From a bacterium (GTDB lineage Bacteria; Patescibacteriota; Andersenbacteria; UBA10190), in contig JBDRMS010000006.1 in NCBI GenBank assembly GCA_043811915.1, positions 22,870 to 86,869 on the forward strand: 64,000 nucleotides of DNA, in the 5' to 3' direction. Each line of letters starts with the position of its first letter. Position 1 is the first letter of the stretch. This document shows positions 9,414-19,072 of the stretch, in pieces. Both the position numbers and the translations under genes were made by a program. The notes under the pieces are model-generated. The model saw only the letters and a list, made by a program, of their open reading frames with translations. It ran no database searches and was not told the origin of the DNA.

Positions 9414-11864
9414 TTGATTATGGCGGCAACGTACGACTTCAAAACTATTGAGACCAAGTGGCAGCAGAAGTGGCTGGAAGAACGATTATTTGCGGTGCGG
9501 GCGCGATCGGCGAGGGGGAACATGTATGTGCTTGATATGTTTCCTTATCCCTCGGGGGATGGTTTGCATGTTGGTCATGCAAAAATATATACCGCTTCAG
9601 ATGTAATCAGTCGCTATTTGCGGATGAAAGGGTTTAATGTGTTGCATCCCACTGGCTGGGATGCCTTTGGGCTGCCAACGGAGAACACTGCGATAAAGAA
9701 GGGTATCCGCCCGGCCTCTCTTACAGCAACAAATATTGAACGATTCAGGAAACAGATGCGCATGATGGGTTTTTCCTATGACTGGGAACGGGAAATCAAC
9801 ACAACGGACCCAAAATATTACAAATGGACGCAGTGGATTTTTCTGAAGTTGTTTCAGATGGGACTGGCTTACCAGGATACGGTATCGATCAACTGGTGCC
9901 CCGGTTGCAAGACGGGGCTGGCAAATGAGGAAGTTGAAGACGGGAAATGTGAGCGTTGCGGTACGGCGGTGGAGCAAAAACCTATGCAGCAGTGGATGCT
10001 GAAAATTACCAAGTACGCGGATCGTCTGTTAGCTGGTCTGGACGGCTTGGATTGGCCTGATTTCATTATTGACCTGCAACGCAACTGGATTGGCAGAAGT
10101 GAAGGCACGGAAATCGACTGGCAACTGACTGGTTCCGGAGAGGTTGTCAAAATTTTCACGACGCGGCCGGACACAATATTTGGAGCTACTTTTATGGCGA
10201 TGTCTCCGGAACACCCGTATGTCGTTTCCCTCCAGAAATCTAAAAAAGTGGAGGAGTATGTGGCGCGGGCAAAAGAAAAGACTGACCTGCAGCGAACGGC
10301 GGCGGGGAAAGACATAACTGGTGTTCAGCTTGAGGGAGTTATGGCTATTAATCCTATGACAGGGGAGGAAGTGCCTGTCTGGGTGGCTGATTATGTGCTC
10401 AAAGGGTATGGCACGGGCGCCATTATGGCGGTGCCGGCACATGATGAGCGTGATTTTGCTTTTGCCCAGAAGTACAAACTGCCGGTTATTCAGGTAATTC
10501 AGCCAACTCTGGCTGTGGGTAGTCTGGAGCTGCCATACGTGGGAGATGGCGTGCTGATAAATTCTGGAGACTACAGTGGTGTCAAAGTTCAACAAGCCAG
10601 CCAGGCGATTAGCGAGGCGTTGCAGTTGAGGGGTCTGGGGCGCAGGAAGGTTCATTTTAAACTGCGGGATTGGGTATTTTCCCGCCAGCGCTATTGGGGA
10701 GAGCCGATACCGATTATTCATTGTGATAACTGTGGAGCTGTGCCGGTGCCGGAGGAGGAGTTACCGGTGGAGCTGCCGGAAGTTGATAAGTACGAGCCGA
10801 CGGGGACGGGCGAGTCGCCGTTGGCACTGGCTAAGGCATGGGTGAATGTTAAGTGCCCGACTTGTTCTCGAGCTGGCCGGCGAGAGACAGATACCATGCC
10901 GCAGTGGGCTGGCTCTTCATGGTATTGGTTGCGTTATGTCGATCCGATTAATGAAAAATCTTTAGTTGGCGAGGGTCCTGCTGCTGAATGGCTGCCGGTC
11001 GACTTGTATGTGGGAGGCGCCGAACATGCGGTATTGCATTTATTGTACGCGCGCTTTTGGAACCTGGTGTTGTTTGACAATGAAGTGGTGGCAAACGAGG
11101 AGCCATTTAAGCGTTTTCGGAGTGTAGGGTTGTTGTTGGGGAACGACGGTCAAAAAATGAGCAAATCGCGGGGCAATGTTATAACTCCTGACGAGGTGGT
11201 GAAAAGACTGGGGGCGGACGCTCTGCGTGTGTATGTGATGTTTATGGGCCCCTTTGATCATGCCATGGCCTGGAGTGAGGCTGGTCTGAATGGGGCATCG
11301 CGCTTTTTACAAAGAGTGAAGCAGGTGTTCGATAAATTATCACAATTTGGGGAAAAGGATAGTCCGGAGCTGGAGTTGCGAGTGCACCAGACCATTCGGC
11401 GAGTGTCGGAGGGAACCGAACAGTTTCGATTTAACACAGCGGTAGCGGCATTGATGGAATTGCTTAATGAGCTGGAAAAATGTCAGGCGGTAACGCGCTT
11501 AACTCTGGAGACATTTGTGTTGTTATTAGCTCCTTATGCGCCGCATATGGCTGAGGAATTATGGTCGCAGTTAGGGCATGCGCAGACGTTGATGTATCAG
11601 GATTGGCCCAAGTTTGACCAGGCTTTGTTAGCCGGAGCACGGGTGACGTTGCCGGTACAGGTAAATGGAAAGGTGCGGGGAGAGCTGTTGATGTCGGCAA
11701 AGAGCACAAAAGCGCAGGCAGAGGTGGCGGCGAAGGAGTTGGCTAACGTAAAACAATATCTGGCTCTAGGAGAGATTACTAAGATCATTTATGTGGAGGG
11801 GCGCATGATTAATTTTGTAGTGGGGAAGAATAATAGTAAGTCCGGTGCGTCGAGCAGCAGCTAA
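9414..11864 (+). CDS. leuS: leucine--tRNA ligase
   Basis: 816 aa. HVGHAKIY (HIGH motif), KMSKS motif and an editing-domain insertion; N-terminus matches LeuRS. Confidence 0.9.
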   Translation: MIMAATYDFKTIETKWQQKWLEERLFAVRARSARGNMYVLDMFPYPSGDGLHVGHAKIYTASDVISRYLRMKGFNVLHPTGWDAFGLPTENTAIKKGIRPASLTATNIERFRKQMRMMGFSYDWEREINTTDPKYYKWTQWIFLKLFQMGLAYQDTVSINWCPGCKTGLANEEVEDGKCERCGTAVEQKPMQQWMLKITKYADRLLAGLDGLDWPDFIIDLQRNWIGRSEGTEIDWQLTGSGEVVKIFTTRPDTIFGATFMAMSPEHPYVVSLQKSKKVEEYVARAKEKTDLQRTAAGKDITGVQLEGVMAINPMTGEEVPVWVADYVLKGYGTGAIMAVPAHDERDFAFAQKYKLPVIQVIQPTLAVGSLELPYVGDGVLINSGDYSGVKVQQASQAISEALQLRGLGRRKVHFKLRDWVFSRQRYWGEPIPIIHCDNCGAVPVPEEELPVELPEVDKYEPTGTGESPLALAKAWVNVKCPTCSRAGRRETDTMPQWAGSSWYWLRYVDPINEKSLVGEGPAAEWLPVDLYVGGAEHAVLHLLYARFWNLVLFDNEVVANEEPFKRFRSVGLLLGNDGQKMSKSRGNVITPDEVVKRLGADALRVYVMFMGPFDHAMAWSEAGLNGASRFLQRVKQVFDKLSQFGEKDSPELELRVHQTIRRVSEGTEQFRFNTAVAALMELLNELEKCQAVTRLTLETFVLLLAPYAPHMAEELWSQLGHAQTLMYQDWPKFDQALLAGARVTLPVQVNGKVRGELLMSAKSTKAQAEVAAKELANVKQYLALGEITKIIYVEGRMINFVVGKNNSKSGASSSS

Positions 11865-14800
11865 TTTGAAGATTAGCCGGCGAACATCGCCCTGGGCGGC
11901 GGTTTTGCCTTTTGGACGGGCACTGGTGTTAACTGGCCTGGTACTGGCTTTAATAGTGGGAGGGATTAGATTTTTATCTTTGCCGCAGCCGGCGGGGGCA
12001 CTTGGTTTTACCTCGCACATTATTGGGGTGGAGACAGGGGCGGTCGGAGTGCTGGGCATGGCGGCGGCTGACCTTGACGACGATAATGATATTGATGTGG
12101 TGACGGCAGGATCGGATGGGTTAAAGGTGTATATAAACAATAACGATGGAACTTTTGCGCCCAAAATAGTGGATGATATACGCGGGCAGCGGGTACAGAT
12201 TATCGACTTGGATATGGATGGGGCGCAAGATCTGTTGGTGACGACAAGGGACTCTACGTCCAGTGTGCGGTGGTATCGTAATACGGGAGGAATAGAATTT
12301 TCGGGGACAATTATTGGTGTAAACGGCAATGGGAAAGCTTATGCGGGTGATATTGATGCCGACGGGGCGCCGGATATAATAACGGCTACCACAGCCGGTG
12401 ATAGTGTGACATTGCAGCGCTGGATGAATAATGGCACTGGTACGTTTGCTTCAATAACGCTGGCAACTAATGCAGGAGTGACGGCGATTACCATCGCTGA
12501 TGTCAATAACAATGGCTTTAACGATATTGTTACAGGAGGCAGTGCGGGATTGCAGCGCTGGGATACTTCAGATGGCTATAGCTGGTCGCGGATTGACATT
12601 GATGACAGCAATACGGATCAGGAGTATCTAGTGGTAGCTGATGTTAACGAAGATGGTAAACAGGATATTGTGGCGGCGGAGCCGGCTGGTAATCTTGTGC
12701 TGTTATATCGCAATGTTGACCTGACCGTTTTTCAGAGAGGCGAGGTGGGGACTGAAGTGGACGCGATGACGGTGGTGCCGGTGGATTTGGATGAAGACGG
12801 TGATGAGGACATTGTAGTGGCGGCACAGGATAATAATAGTGTTTATTGGTATGACAATAACGGCAGTGAAGAATTCACCAGAACGACGATTACCAACTCG
12901 CTACAAAGTGTTTTTGGAGTGATTGTAACCGACGTGGATAATGATAATGACTTTGATGTACTGGCCGGAGATCATTATAGGGGTAATGTGTATTGGTATG
13001 AAAGGATAGCGGCCAAGCCTGTTGCTACGGAGCCGGAGGAAATAACCCAGAGCACTGATGGCCAGGGACTGGTTACGTTTACCACAAAAATTTCTGATGG
13101 TGATCGTGACCCGACACGGCTGCGAGTGCAATATTCGGTGGATGGGGTTAATTGGTATAAACCCTGGCTTACCTCGGCTAGGGCCGACACGGGTTCAGTG
13201 GATTTGAAAAATAGCAACGGGTATCAGATTGGGACGTCTAATCGTATTGATACAAATGCCAGTGATAGCGTAAAACTGACTATGGTGTGGGATACCCAAT
13301 CGGTATCGAACACAGGGGGGCCGATTGTGGGGGATATAACGACGGTACGACTGCGGTTTATTCCACGGGACGATGTGGGAAATGGCGGCACTATTACCGG
13401 TGATAGTTTTCAGGTGGATAATGAGGCGCCGCATTTGGCTACAATGCAGGTGGGAGAAGTGGGGGAGAACCAGGTTGTGTTTACCTGGGATAAGGCAACT
13501 GACAGCAACCTGTTTGATTATGCTTTATATTACGGCACTAGCCACACGGCCGTATTGGATAAAACATCTGCGGTTTGGGACGTGAGTGATGATGCGACTA
13601 TGGGTGACGAAGAAACGACGGGAGTGACAGTGATGGGACTGGCAGATGGTCTAAAGTATACCTTTAAGCTTTTTGTAACAGATATTTTTGGTAATGAGAC
13701 TGGGGTGCAAAGTGTGCGTGTGACAACGGGGCAGGCAGCGGAAACACTAACTTCGACCGGGGAGGCTAGCCCTACAACTTTGGTGACACCAACGGCAACT
13801 TCAACGCCAGAGCCGACGACTAGCGAGCCAATAGTACCGGAGAATTTACCGCCAGTGGCGCAAGCGGGAAAAGATCAGGTTGTCAATTCGGAAGCACTGG
13901 TTATTTTGGATGGAACTAATTCTTATGATCCGGAGGGGGGATCGCTTAGCTATACCTGGCGTCAGTTGAAGGGAAGAGAGGCTAAACTATCATCGGCTTA
14001 CGCTGCCACTTCCTCCTTTACGGCGATGGGTGAAAGTGAGGTATACATATTCAGTTTGGCAGTGCGTGATTTTTCGGGCCTGACGGCTACCGACACAGTA
14101 ACAATAGTGACCAGAGCGTTGCCGGAAGCGGCGGTCACCGAGCCAGCTCCCGCAGAAGTAATAAGGATAGAGGAGAAAAAAAGGGAAGTACCGGCTATTG
14201 TGTCACTAATATTGCGCCCATTGGACATATTCCTGTTTGTATTGGCACTTTTGGCCACAATAGTTTCTTTACTGGACCGTGTTTTGCATTCTGTCGGGCG
14301 CAAGCACGTAGAACAGGTTGCGTCGTTCTTACGGGGTCGGCGAGGGCCGGTGCACAGAGGGCGAGTGGTTCAGTATAAGACGGGTGAGCCGATTGCTGGA
14401 GTACAAGTGCTTATTTATGGCAGAGACAAGAGAGTTAAGCATAAATTGCGTACCAATGCTCGCGGCGTATTTGCCACACCACTGGTGCCGGGTGACTATA
14501 CCATAGCTATTAAGGCGGAGGGTTTTGTTTTTTCTCCGGCGGCGGCGACGTTTGAGCCCGGGGAAGGGGAAATAATATATACGGGGGGTACTTTAACCAT
14601 TGTTGACCAGACTAGGGTTGTTAATTTTGTTATCCCCATGAAGCCAACAGGCGAGGCCTTAAGCTCCTGGCGCATTCGTACGTTGCGCTGGTGGCAAATT
14701 GCGCAGCGTAGGGGGCACGTGTTGTCGTGGCCGGTTTTCATTAGTGGGTCCCTCTTGAACACAGCGTTGTTGCTTATGGCGTCGAATGGTTTGTTTTTGA

Positions 14801-15159
14801 TGCTGGAGATATTTTACGTGGGCCTAGTGGCGGTGAAGGTTGTCTTAGAGATACGGTTACGTCCTTCTTATGGGCTGGTGCGGGATGCTATAACGCACGT
14901 GCCGTTGGATTTGGCGGTAGTGCGACTATACGAACAGGGCACTAATCGTCTGGTAATGACGCGAGTGGCTGACGGTAGTGGCCGGTTCTTTGCTCTGCCA
15001 CCGCCAGGGCGATATGTAGTGACAATAACCAAGCCGGGTTATGCGTCCTTTACGCGGGAAGGCGTGGAGATTACCTCGACGCATGATTCTAAATTACAGA
15101 TGAAAGCTGATTTGATGCCGGTGGCTCCCCAGCTGGGCATGGCAACGGCGGGGATTTGA
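11845..15159 (+). CDS. giant mosaic surface/membrane protein (FG-GAP/VCBS repeats, PKD-like domain, CarboxypepD_reg-like domains, internal TM cluster)
   Basis: 1104 aa. Signal anchor, then repeated Dx[DN]xDGxxD[IL]VV FG-GAP-like units. A PKD-like segment (LDGTNSYDPEGGSLSYTWRQL) precedes a TM helix. Two CarboxypepD_reg-like beta-sandwich segments (GRVVQYKTGEPIAGVQVLIYG; GLVRDAITHVPLDLAVVRLYE) flank additional TM helices. Confidence 0.6.
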   Translation: MRRAAANLKISRRTSPWAAVLPFGRALVLTGLVLALIVGGIRFLSLPQPAGALGFTSHIIGVETGAVGVLGMAAADLDDDNDIDVVTAGSDGLKVYINNNDGTFAPKIVDDIRGQRVQIIDLDMDGAQDLLVTTRDSTSSVRWYRNTGGIEFSGTIIGVNGNGKAYAGDIDADGAPDIITATTAGDSVTLQRWMNNGTGTFASITLATNAGVTAITIADVNNNGFNDIVTGGSAGLQRWDTSDGYSWSRIDIDDSNTDQEYLVVADVNEDGKQDIVAAEPAGNLVLLYRNVDLTVFQRGEVGTEVDAMTVVPVDLDEDGDEDIVVAAQDNNSVYWYDNNGSEEFTRTTITNSLQSVFGVIVTDVDNDNDFDVLAGDHYRGNVYWYERIAAKPVATEPEEITQSTDGQGLVTFTTKISDGDRDPTRLRVQYSVDGVNWYKPWLTSARADTGSVDLKNSNGYQIGTSNRIDTNASDSVKLTMVWDTQSVSNTGGPIVGDITTVRLRFIPRDDVGNGGTITGDSFQVDNEAPHLATMQVGEVGENQVVFTWDKATDSNLFDYALYYGTSHTAVLDKTSAVWDVSDDATMGDEETTGVTVMGLADGLKYTFKLFVTDIFGNETGVQSVRVTTGQAAETLTSTGEASPTTLVTPTATSTPEPTTSEPIVPENLPPVAQAGKDQVVNSEALVILDGTNSYDPEGGSLSYTWRQLKGREAKLSSAYAATSSFTAMGESEVYIFSLAVRDFSGLTATDTVTIVTRALPEAAVTEPAPAEVIRIEEKKREVPAIVSLILRPLDIFLFVLALLATIVSLLDRVLHSVGRKHVEQVASFLRGRRGPVHRGRVVQYKTGEPIAGVQVLIYGRDKRVKHKLRTNARGVFATPLVPGDYTIAIKAEGFVFSPAAATFEPGEGEIIYTGGTLTIVDQTRVVNFVIPMKPTGEALSSWRIRTLRWWQIAQRRGHVLSWPVFISGSLLNTALLLMASNGLFLMLEIFYVGLVAVKVVLEIRLRPSYGLVRDAITHVPLDLAVVRLYEQGTNRLVMTRVADGSGRFFALPPPGRYVVTITKPGYASFTREGVEITSTHDSKLQMKADLMPVAPQLGMATAGI

Positions 15160-15201
15160 GAAGATGAGAGGAACGTAGTATAATGTAGTATAATAGGGTT
15201 A

Positions 15202-16290
15202 ATGATTAGAGACGGGATGAAGGGTCACAACAAAGAAAAAAGTGATGTTTTTGGTTTACCGCTGGTGCTGGTTATTTTTTTCGTAGTTTTGTTAGTGGCG
15301 ATAGCGTTTCTAGCTAGTCAGGCGGGTTTACAGGGAGAGTTGAGGACAGCGGCGGAGCCAAGTGGTGCCACGAGTTGCAGTAATAAAGGAGTCCCTAATG
15401 CGTTTTTGGAGGTGGAATTGACGGGAAAGCCGGGAGAAACCAGGAGTAAGATTACAGGTGAGGCTATTCAGCTTGCAGTCGATGCCTTGCATCAACAGAT
15501 CAGAAGTGCGAGTTCTTCCGATGCTGAAAAAGACTTGGCTGACGGGTTCTGTACACTAAAGGCAAATGAAGCGGTAAATGAAAGCAGACTTTTATGTGAT
15601 TATCCGAATATAACTAATGATGACGGATGCCTACCAAAGGAAGTTGATGAAAGTGGAGGTCAATATAATCCTTATTCCAGTGCAATATCGACTCGAGTGT
15701 TTTCAGGAGGAGCTGATTGCAAAGATCTTGATTCTCACCCGATTAAAGTGCAGTGGCAGTGCACAGGCAAGGCCTTCTTGGGCTGTAGGGGTAACCTAAT
15801 ATGCCTTCCGTCATCCCCTAAGCCGTGCAAAGAAAAAGGAGGGAAGTTTGTTTTGTGGGCAAGCGGTTTAAAAGAGAGAAGAGGTGAGAACAAGGATGTT
15901 GTAAAAGCAGAGGCTATAGCAGAGACACTAATTAGCATTAACGATAAAGCAAAGGCGGAAGGAGTGAGCGTTCCTCTGTCTCAAAGCGGTGTTGATAAAG
16001 CCTGTAGAGATAAAGCCGGTCCGACAAAGGTAAACTGCGGCACCGGATGTTGGTTTGGCTATGGCGAAGGACAATATACCGGGATAATACCGCAGGCCAG
16101 CAACGAAGGCGAATTTGTCGTTAAATGCACGGAGGTTTATGTTAATACTCTCGAGCCATCTCCCTCAGGTACGCCTCTCCCGAAACAGTGGAAATGCGAG
16201 GCTAGCTCTTCTGTGGATTGTGAGTGGGTAGGGGCTTGTTTGGATAGTAATCCCTCATCATCAGGCTCAAATCTGCCTTCTCCCAGTTAG
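15202..16290 (+). CDS. hypothetical secreted Cys-rich protein
   Basis: 362 aa. N-terminal TM/signal anchor, about 18 Cys in paired patterns, Ser/Pro-rich C-terminal tail. Confidence 0.45.
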   Translation: MIRDGMKGHNKEKSDVFGLPLVLVIFFVVLLVAIAFLASQAGLQGELRTAAEPSGATSCSNKGVPNAFLEVELTGKPGETRSKITGEAIQLAVDALHQQIRSASSSDAEKDLADGFCTLKANEAVNESRLLCDYPNITNDDGCLPKEVDESGGQYNPYSSAISTRVFSGGADCKDLDSHPIKVQWQCTGKAFLGCRGNLICLPSSPKPCKEKGGKFVLWASGLKERRGENKDVVKAEAIAETLISINDKAKAEGVSVPLSQSGVDKACRDKAGPTKVNCGTGCWFGYGEGQYTGIIPQASNEGEFVVKCTEVYVNTLEPSPSGTPLPKQWKCEASSSVDCEWVGACLDSNPSSSGSNLPSPS

Positions 16291-16317
16291 GTGTTCGGTT
16301 TAGTGTAATTTTTTGTT

Positions 16318-17001
16318 ATGCAGGCGGTGGTTTTAATGGCGGGGAAGGGGACGAGGATGGCCAGGTATTATGAGGGTCCCAAGCAACTTTTGCCGATTAA
16401 GGGAAAGCCGGTGGTGGAGCACGCCCTGGATATGTTACCAGAAGAGGTGGGTGAGCTGATTTTTGTGGTAGGAGGACCCCACGAAAAGACAATCAGAGAA
16501 TATTTTAAATCGGGTGAATATAAAGGGCGACCGATTACATTTGTTGTTCAGAAGGAACAACTGGGATTAGCGCACGCGTTTGCGGCGGCCAAGGACTTAA
16601 TAAAGGGTCGTTGGCTTGGCATGGTGGGGGACGATATTTTTGGGCCGGAGGGTATGAAGGAGTTGGTGAGGCATGACTTGTCGGTGTTATCTTCAAAAGT
16701 GGAACATCCGGAGAATTGGGGAATATTGGTGACGGACGAGGAAGGATATCTGATTAAATCAGTTGAGAAGCCAAGAGAATTTGTGTCGGATCTGGCCTGG
16801 AACGGAGCCATGGTGATGGATGAGAGTTTTTTTGAAGTGAAGGTTGTACCATCGGCTCGGGGAGAGTATGAGACGCCGGATGTCTGGATGAAGCTAATTA
16901 GTGGAAAGGGAAAGAGAATAAAGGTAGTTATGGCGGACTGGTGGCTGCCGGTTAACGATAAGGAGCAGTTAGAGGAGGCAGAACGGGTGCTTGGCAAGTA
17001 A
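16318..17001 (+). CDS. sugar-phosphate nucleotidyltransferase (NTP_transferase family)
   Basis: 227 aa. N-terminal MAGKGTRM glycine-rich nucleotide-binding signature of sugar nucleotidyltransferases. Confidence 0.6.
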   Translation: MQAVVLMAGKGTRMARYYEGPKQLLPIKGKPVVEHALDMLPEEVGELIFVVGGPHEKTIREYFKSGEYKGRPITFVVQKEQLGLAHAFAAAKDLIKGRWLGMVGDDIFGPEGMKELVRHDLSVLSSKVEHPENWGILVTDEEGYLIKSVEKPREFVSDLAWNGAMVMDESFFEVKVVPSARGEYETPDVWMKLISGKGKRIKVVMADWWLPVNDKEQLEEAERVLGK

Positions 17002-17004
17002 CCC

Positions 17005-17025
17005 TATTTACACCTACGAGGTGTA
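17005..17025. repeat. left copy of 21-bp hairpin repeat (TTACACCT-acg-AGGTGTAA stem-loop)
   Basis: Perfect direct repeat of 17719-17739. Contains an 8-bp-stem/3-nt-loop palindrome. Confidence 0.7.
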
Positions 17026-17031
17026 ATGAGG

Positions 17032-17703
17032 TTACTCAAGTGTCAGCTTTCTAATCTTTGCTAGTTCGCGTTGGTAGCTAATTTGGTCGTCGACAAATTT
17101 CTTATACTCATTGGATTGGACTTCTAATAGGTTGTTGTAAGAGCACAAGTTTTCACTGCTGTGGCTTATGGATAAGTATTCTTTATAGGACGAGTACTTC
17201 CAGTCCTGTGGTCGGTCTACTAAGCTTGCTGTAACTGGATTAAGGTGGAGATAACGAGTGAGGTGTAATAATTGTTCATCAGATTTTACTGGAACGTTCT
17301 TGAACCTACCTTCCCATAAGGGCCCTCGTCTCTTGTGTTTGGTATTAAAGTAGCGTGTGTAGCTATTCAATGAGTTGCTTAGATGGCTTGATACGCCGTT
17401 GTTCCGTAGTTGTTTTACGATTAGATGAAAATGGGTTGGCATGAGGCAATAGGCGATTATTTGTGTTAGACGCGCCTGATTATCGGTAAACTTAGTAAAG
17501 TACAGCTCGAACCCATTCTCCCTTGTGTTTTTAAGGTTAAGAAACTGCGAGAATTTTGGTAGTGGTCCTACAACAGAGAAAAAACTTATCATGCGCTTCA
17601 TTCTCAGATAGTCCCGGTCGGAGTTAAAAATTTTGAAACCAGCAATGCTTTTGTTCATCACATGGTGCACGTCGCCAGTTACTATGGGGTGTTTTCGTGG
17701 CAT
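17032..17703 (-). CDS. tnpA: IS200/IS605-family Y1 (HuH) transposase / RAYT-like
   Basis: 223 aa. HuH motif (YCLMPTHFHLIV) and downstream catalytic Tyr region (LHLNPV...YSSY) typical of Transposase_17 / REP-associated tyrosine transposases. Confidence 0.7.
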   Translation of the reverse strand: MPRKHPIVTGDVHHVMNKSIAGFKIFNSDRDYLRMKRMISFFSVVGPLPKFSQFLNLKNTRENGFELYFTKFTDNQARLTQIIAYCLMPTHFHLIVKQLRNNGVSSHLSNSLNSYTRYFNTKHKRRGPLWEGRFKNVPVKSDEQLLHLTRYLHLNPVTASLVDRPQDWKYSSYKEYLSISHSSENLCSYNNLLEVQSNEYKKFVDDQISYQRELAKIRKLTLE

Positions 17704-17718
17704 GGTGTAATTTTACCA

Positions 17719-17739
17719 TATTTACACCTACGAGGTGTA
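17719..17739. repeat. right copy of 21-bp hairpin repeat
   Basis: Identical to 17005-17025. Its 7-bp stem is one base pair shorter because of the flanking base. Confidence 0.7.
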
Positions 17740-17746
17740 GATTGGT

Positions 17747-19042
17747 TTAGCCGCGTCCTACGCTGTGGTATACAAAGCCTTTTTTCTCCATTTCCTTGCG
17801 GTCGTACATGTTGCGGCCATCAATGATAATAGGGTTGTTTAGCAGGGAGGCAACTTTTTTCCAGTTGGGCTCTAAAAATTCATCCCAGTCGGTAACAATA
17901 ACCAAAGCGTCGGCTCCTTTGAGGGCTTCATACATGTTTTTTTTGTAGCGCGCTTTATTGGCTAGTACGGCACGAGCGGTTTGGGAGGCTTTTGGATCAT
18001 AGGCTTGGATAATGGCTCCATCTTCGTGTAATTGATTGACGATATTTACGGAAGGGGCATTGCGCATATCGTCGGTGTTAGGTTTGAAGGCTAACCCCCA
18101 CAGGGCAATAGTCTTGCCTTTAGTGATCCAAAGAGCCTGCTCGATTTTGCGCAGAAAAATGCGTTGGGCCTGATTGTTAATTTTTTCTACTTCTTTTAGC
18201 AAGCCGAAATCATAGCCGAGTTCTTTGGCGATGGAAATAAAAGCAGAGACGTCCTTAGGGAAGCAGCTGCCGCCATAGCCAACGCCGGCTTTAAGGAAAT
18301 GCCCGCCGATGCGTTTGTCCAGTCCCATGCCTTTGACAACCTGGTCAATATTGGCGCCGGAAAGTTCACAAATATGGGCCAGGGCGTTAGTGAAAGAGAT
18401 TTTGGCAGCCAGGAAAGAGTTACTGGCATGTTTGATGAGTTCGGCACTTTTAACATCAGTGACAATAAAAGGAGCTTTGAGGGGACGGTAAATGTCGCGC
18501 ATAATTTTTTCCGCGCGCTTGTTAGCTACGCCAACGACGATGCGGTCTGGCTTAAGAAAATCATCGACGGCATTCCCTTCACGTAGAAACTCGGGGTTGC
18601 TGACGACGTCAACATCGATAGATCTCTTGTTGTGTTGCTTGATCGTGGCTAGTACTCGCTCGCCGGTTTGTACAGGCACCGTACTTTTATCGACGATTAC
18701 TTTGTAAGAGTCGGCGGCCTCGGCTATTTGGCGGGCAGCACCAGCCACGTAGGACAGATCAGCCTGACCGTCGGGCAAGGGCGGGGTGTTAACGGCAATG
18801 AAAATAACGTCGGATTTTTTGACGGCGGCTGGCAAATTAGTGGTAAAGGTGAGACGATGGGCCTTAACGTTTTTTTGTATGAGTTTGTCCAGGCCCGGTT
18901 CGTAGATGGGGATAGTGCCATGTTTTAGTTTGGCTATTTTTTCGCGGTTATTGTCGACTAAAATGACGTTATGGCCAATTTCAGCCAGACAGGTACCTGA
19001 AACCAGGCCTACGTAGCCAGCGCCAATAAAGGTTAAATTCAT
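17747..19042 (-). CDS. ugd: UDP-glucose/GDP-mannose family nucleotide-sugar 6-dehydrogenase
   Basis: 431 aa. N-terminal Rossmann GxGxxG (FIGAGYVGLVSG), central catalytic Cys region (GGSCFPKD) and C-terminal UDP-binding domain. Confidence 0.8.
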   Translation of the reverse strand: MNLTFIGAGYVGLVSGTCLAEIGHNVILVDNNREKIAKLKHGTIPIYEPGLDKLIQKNVKAHRLTFTTNLPAAVKKSDVIFIAVNTPPLPDGQADLSYVAGAARQIAEAADSYKVIVDKSTVPVQTGERVLATIKQHNKRSIDVDVVSNPEFLREGNAVDDFLKPDRIVVGVANKRAEKIMRDIYRPLKAPFIVTDVKSAELIKHASNSFLAAKISFTNALAHICELSGANIDQVVKGMGLDKRIGGHFLKAGVGYGGSCFPKDVSAFISIAKELGYDFGLLKEVEKINNQAQRIFLRKIEQALWITKGKTIALWGLAFKPNTDDMRNAPSVNIVNQLHEDGAIIQAYDPKASQTARAVLANKARYKKNMYEALKGADALVIVTDWDEFLEPNWKKVASLLNNPIIIDGRNMYDRKEMEKKGFVYHSVGRG

Positions 19043-19072
19043 GGGGGTAACATTAGCAGAATGTTATACTGA

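Larger units (their letters stand above)
17005..17739. mobile_element. IS200/IS605-family minimal insertion sequence (single Y1 HuH transposase flanked by identical subterminal hairpins)
   Basis: A 735-bp unit bounded by two identical 21-bp copies of tatttacacctacgaggtgta in the same orientation. It encloses only the Y1 transposase gene and sits between the convergent 3' ends of two sugar-nucleotide genes. Confidence 0.6.
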
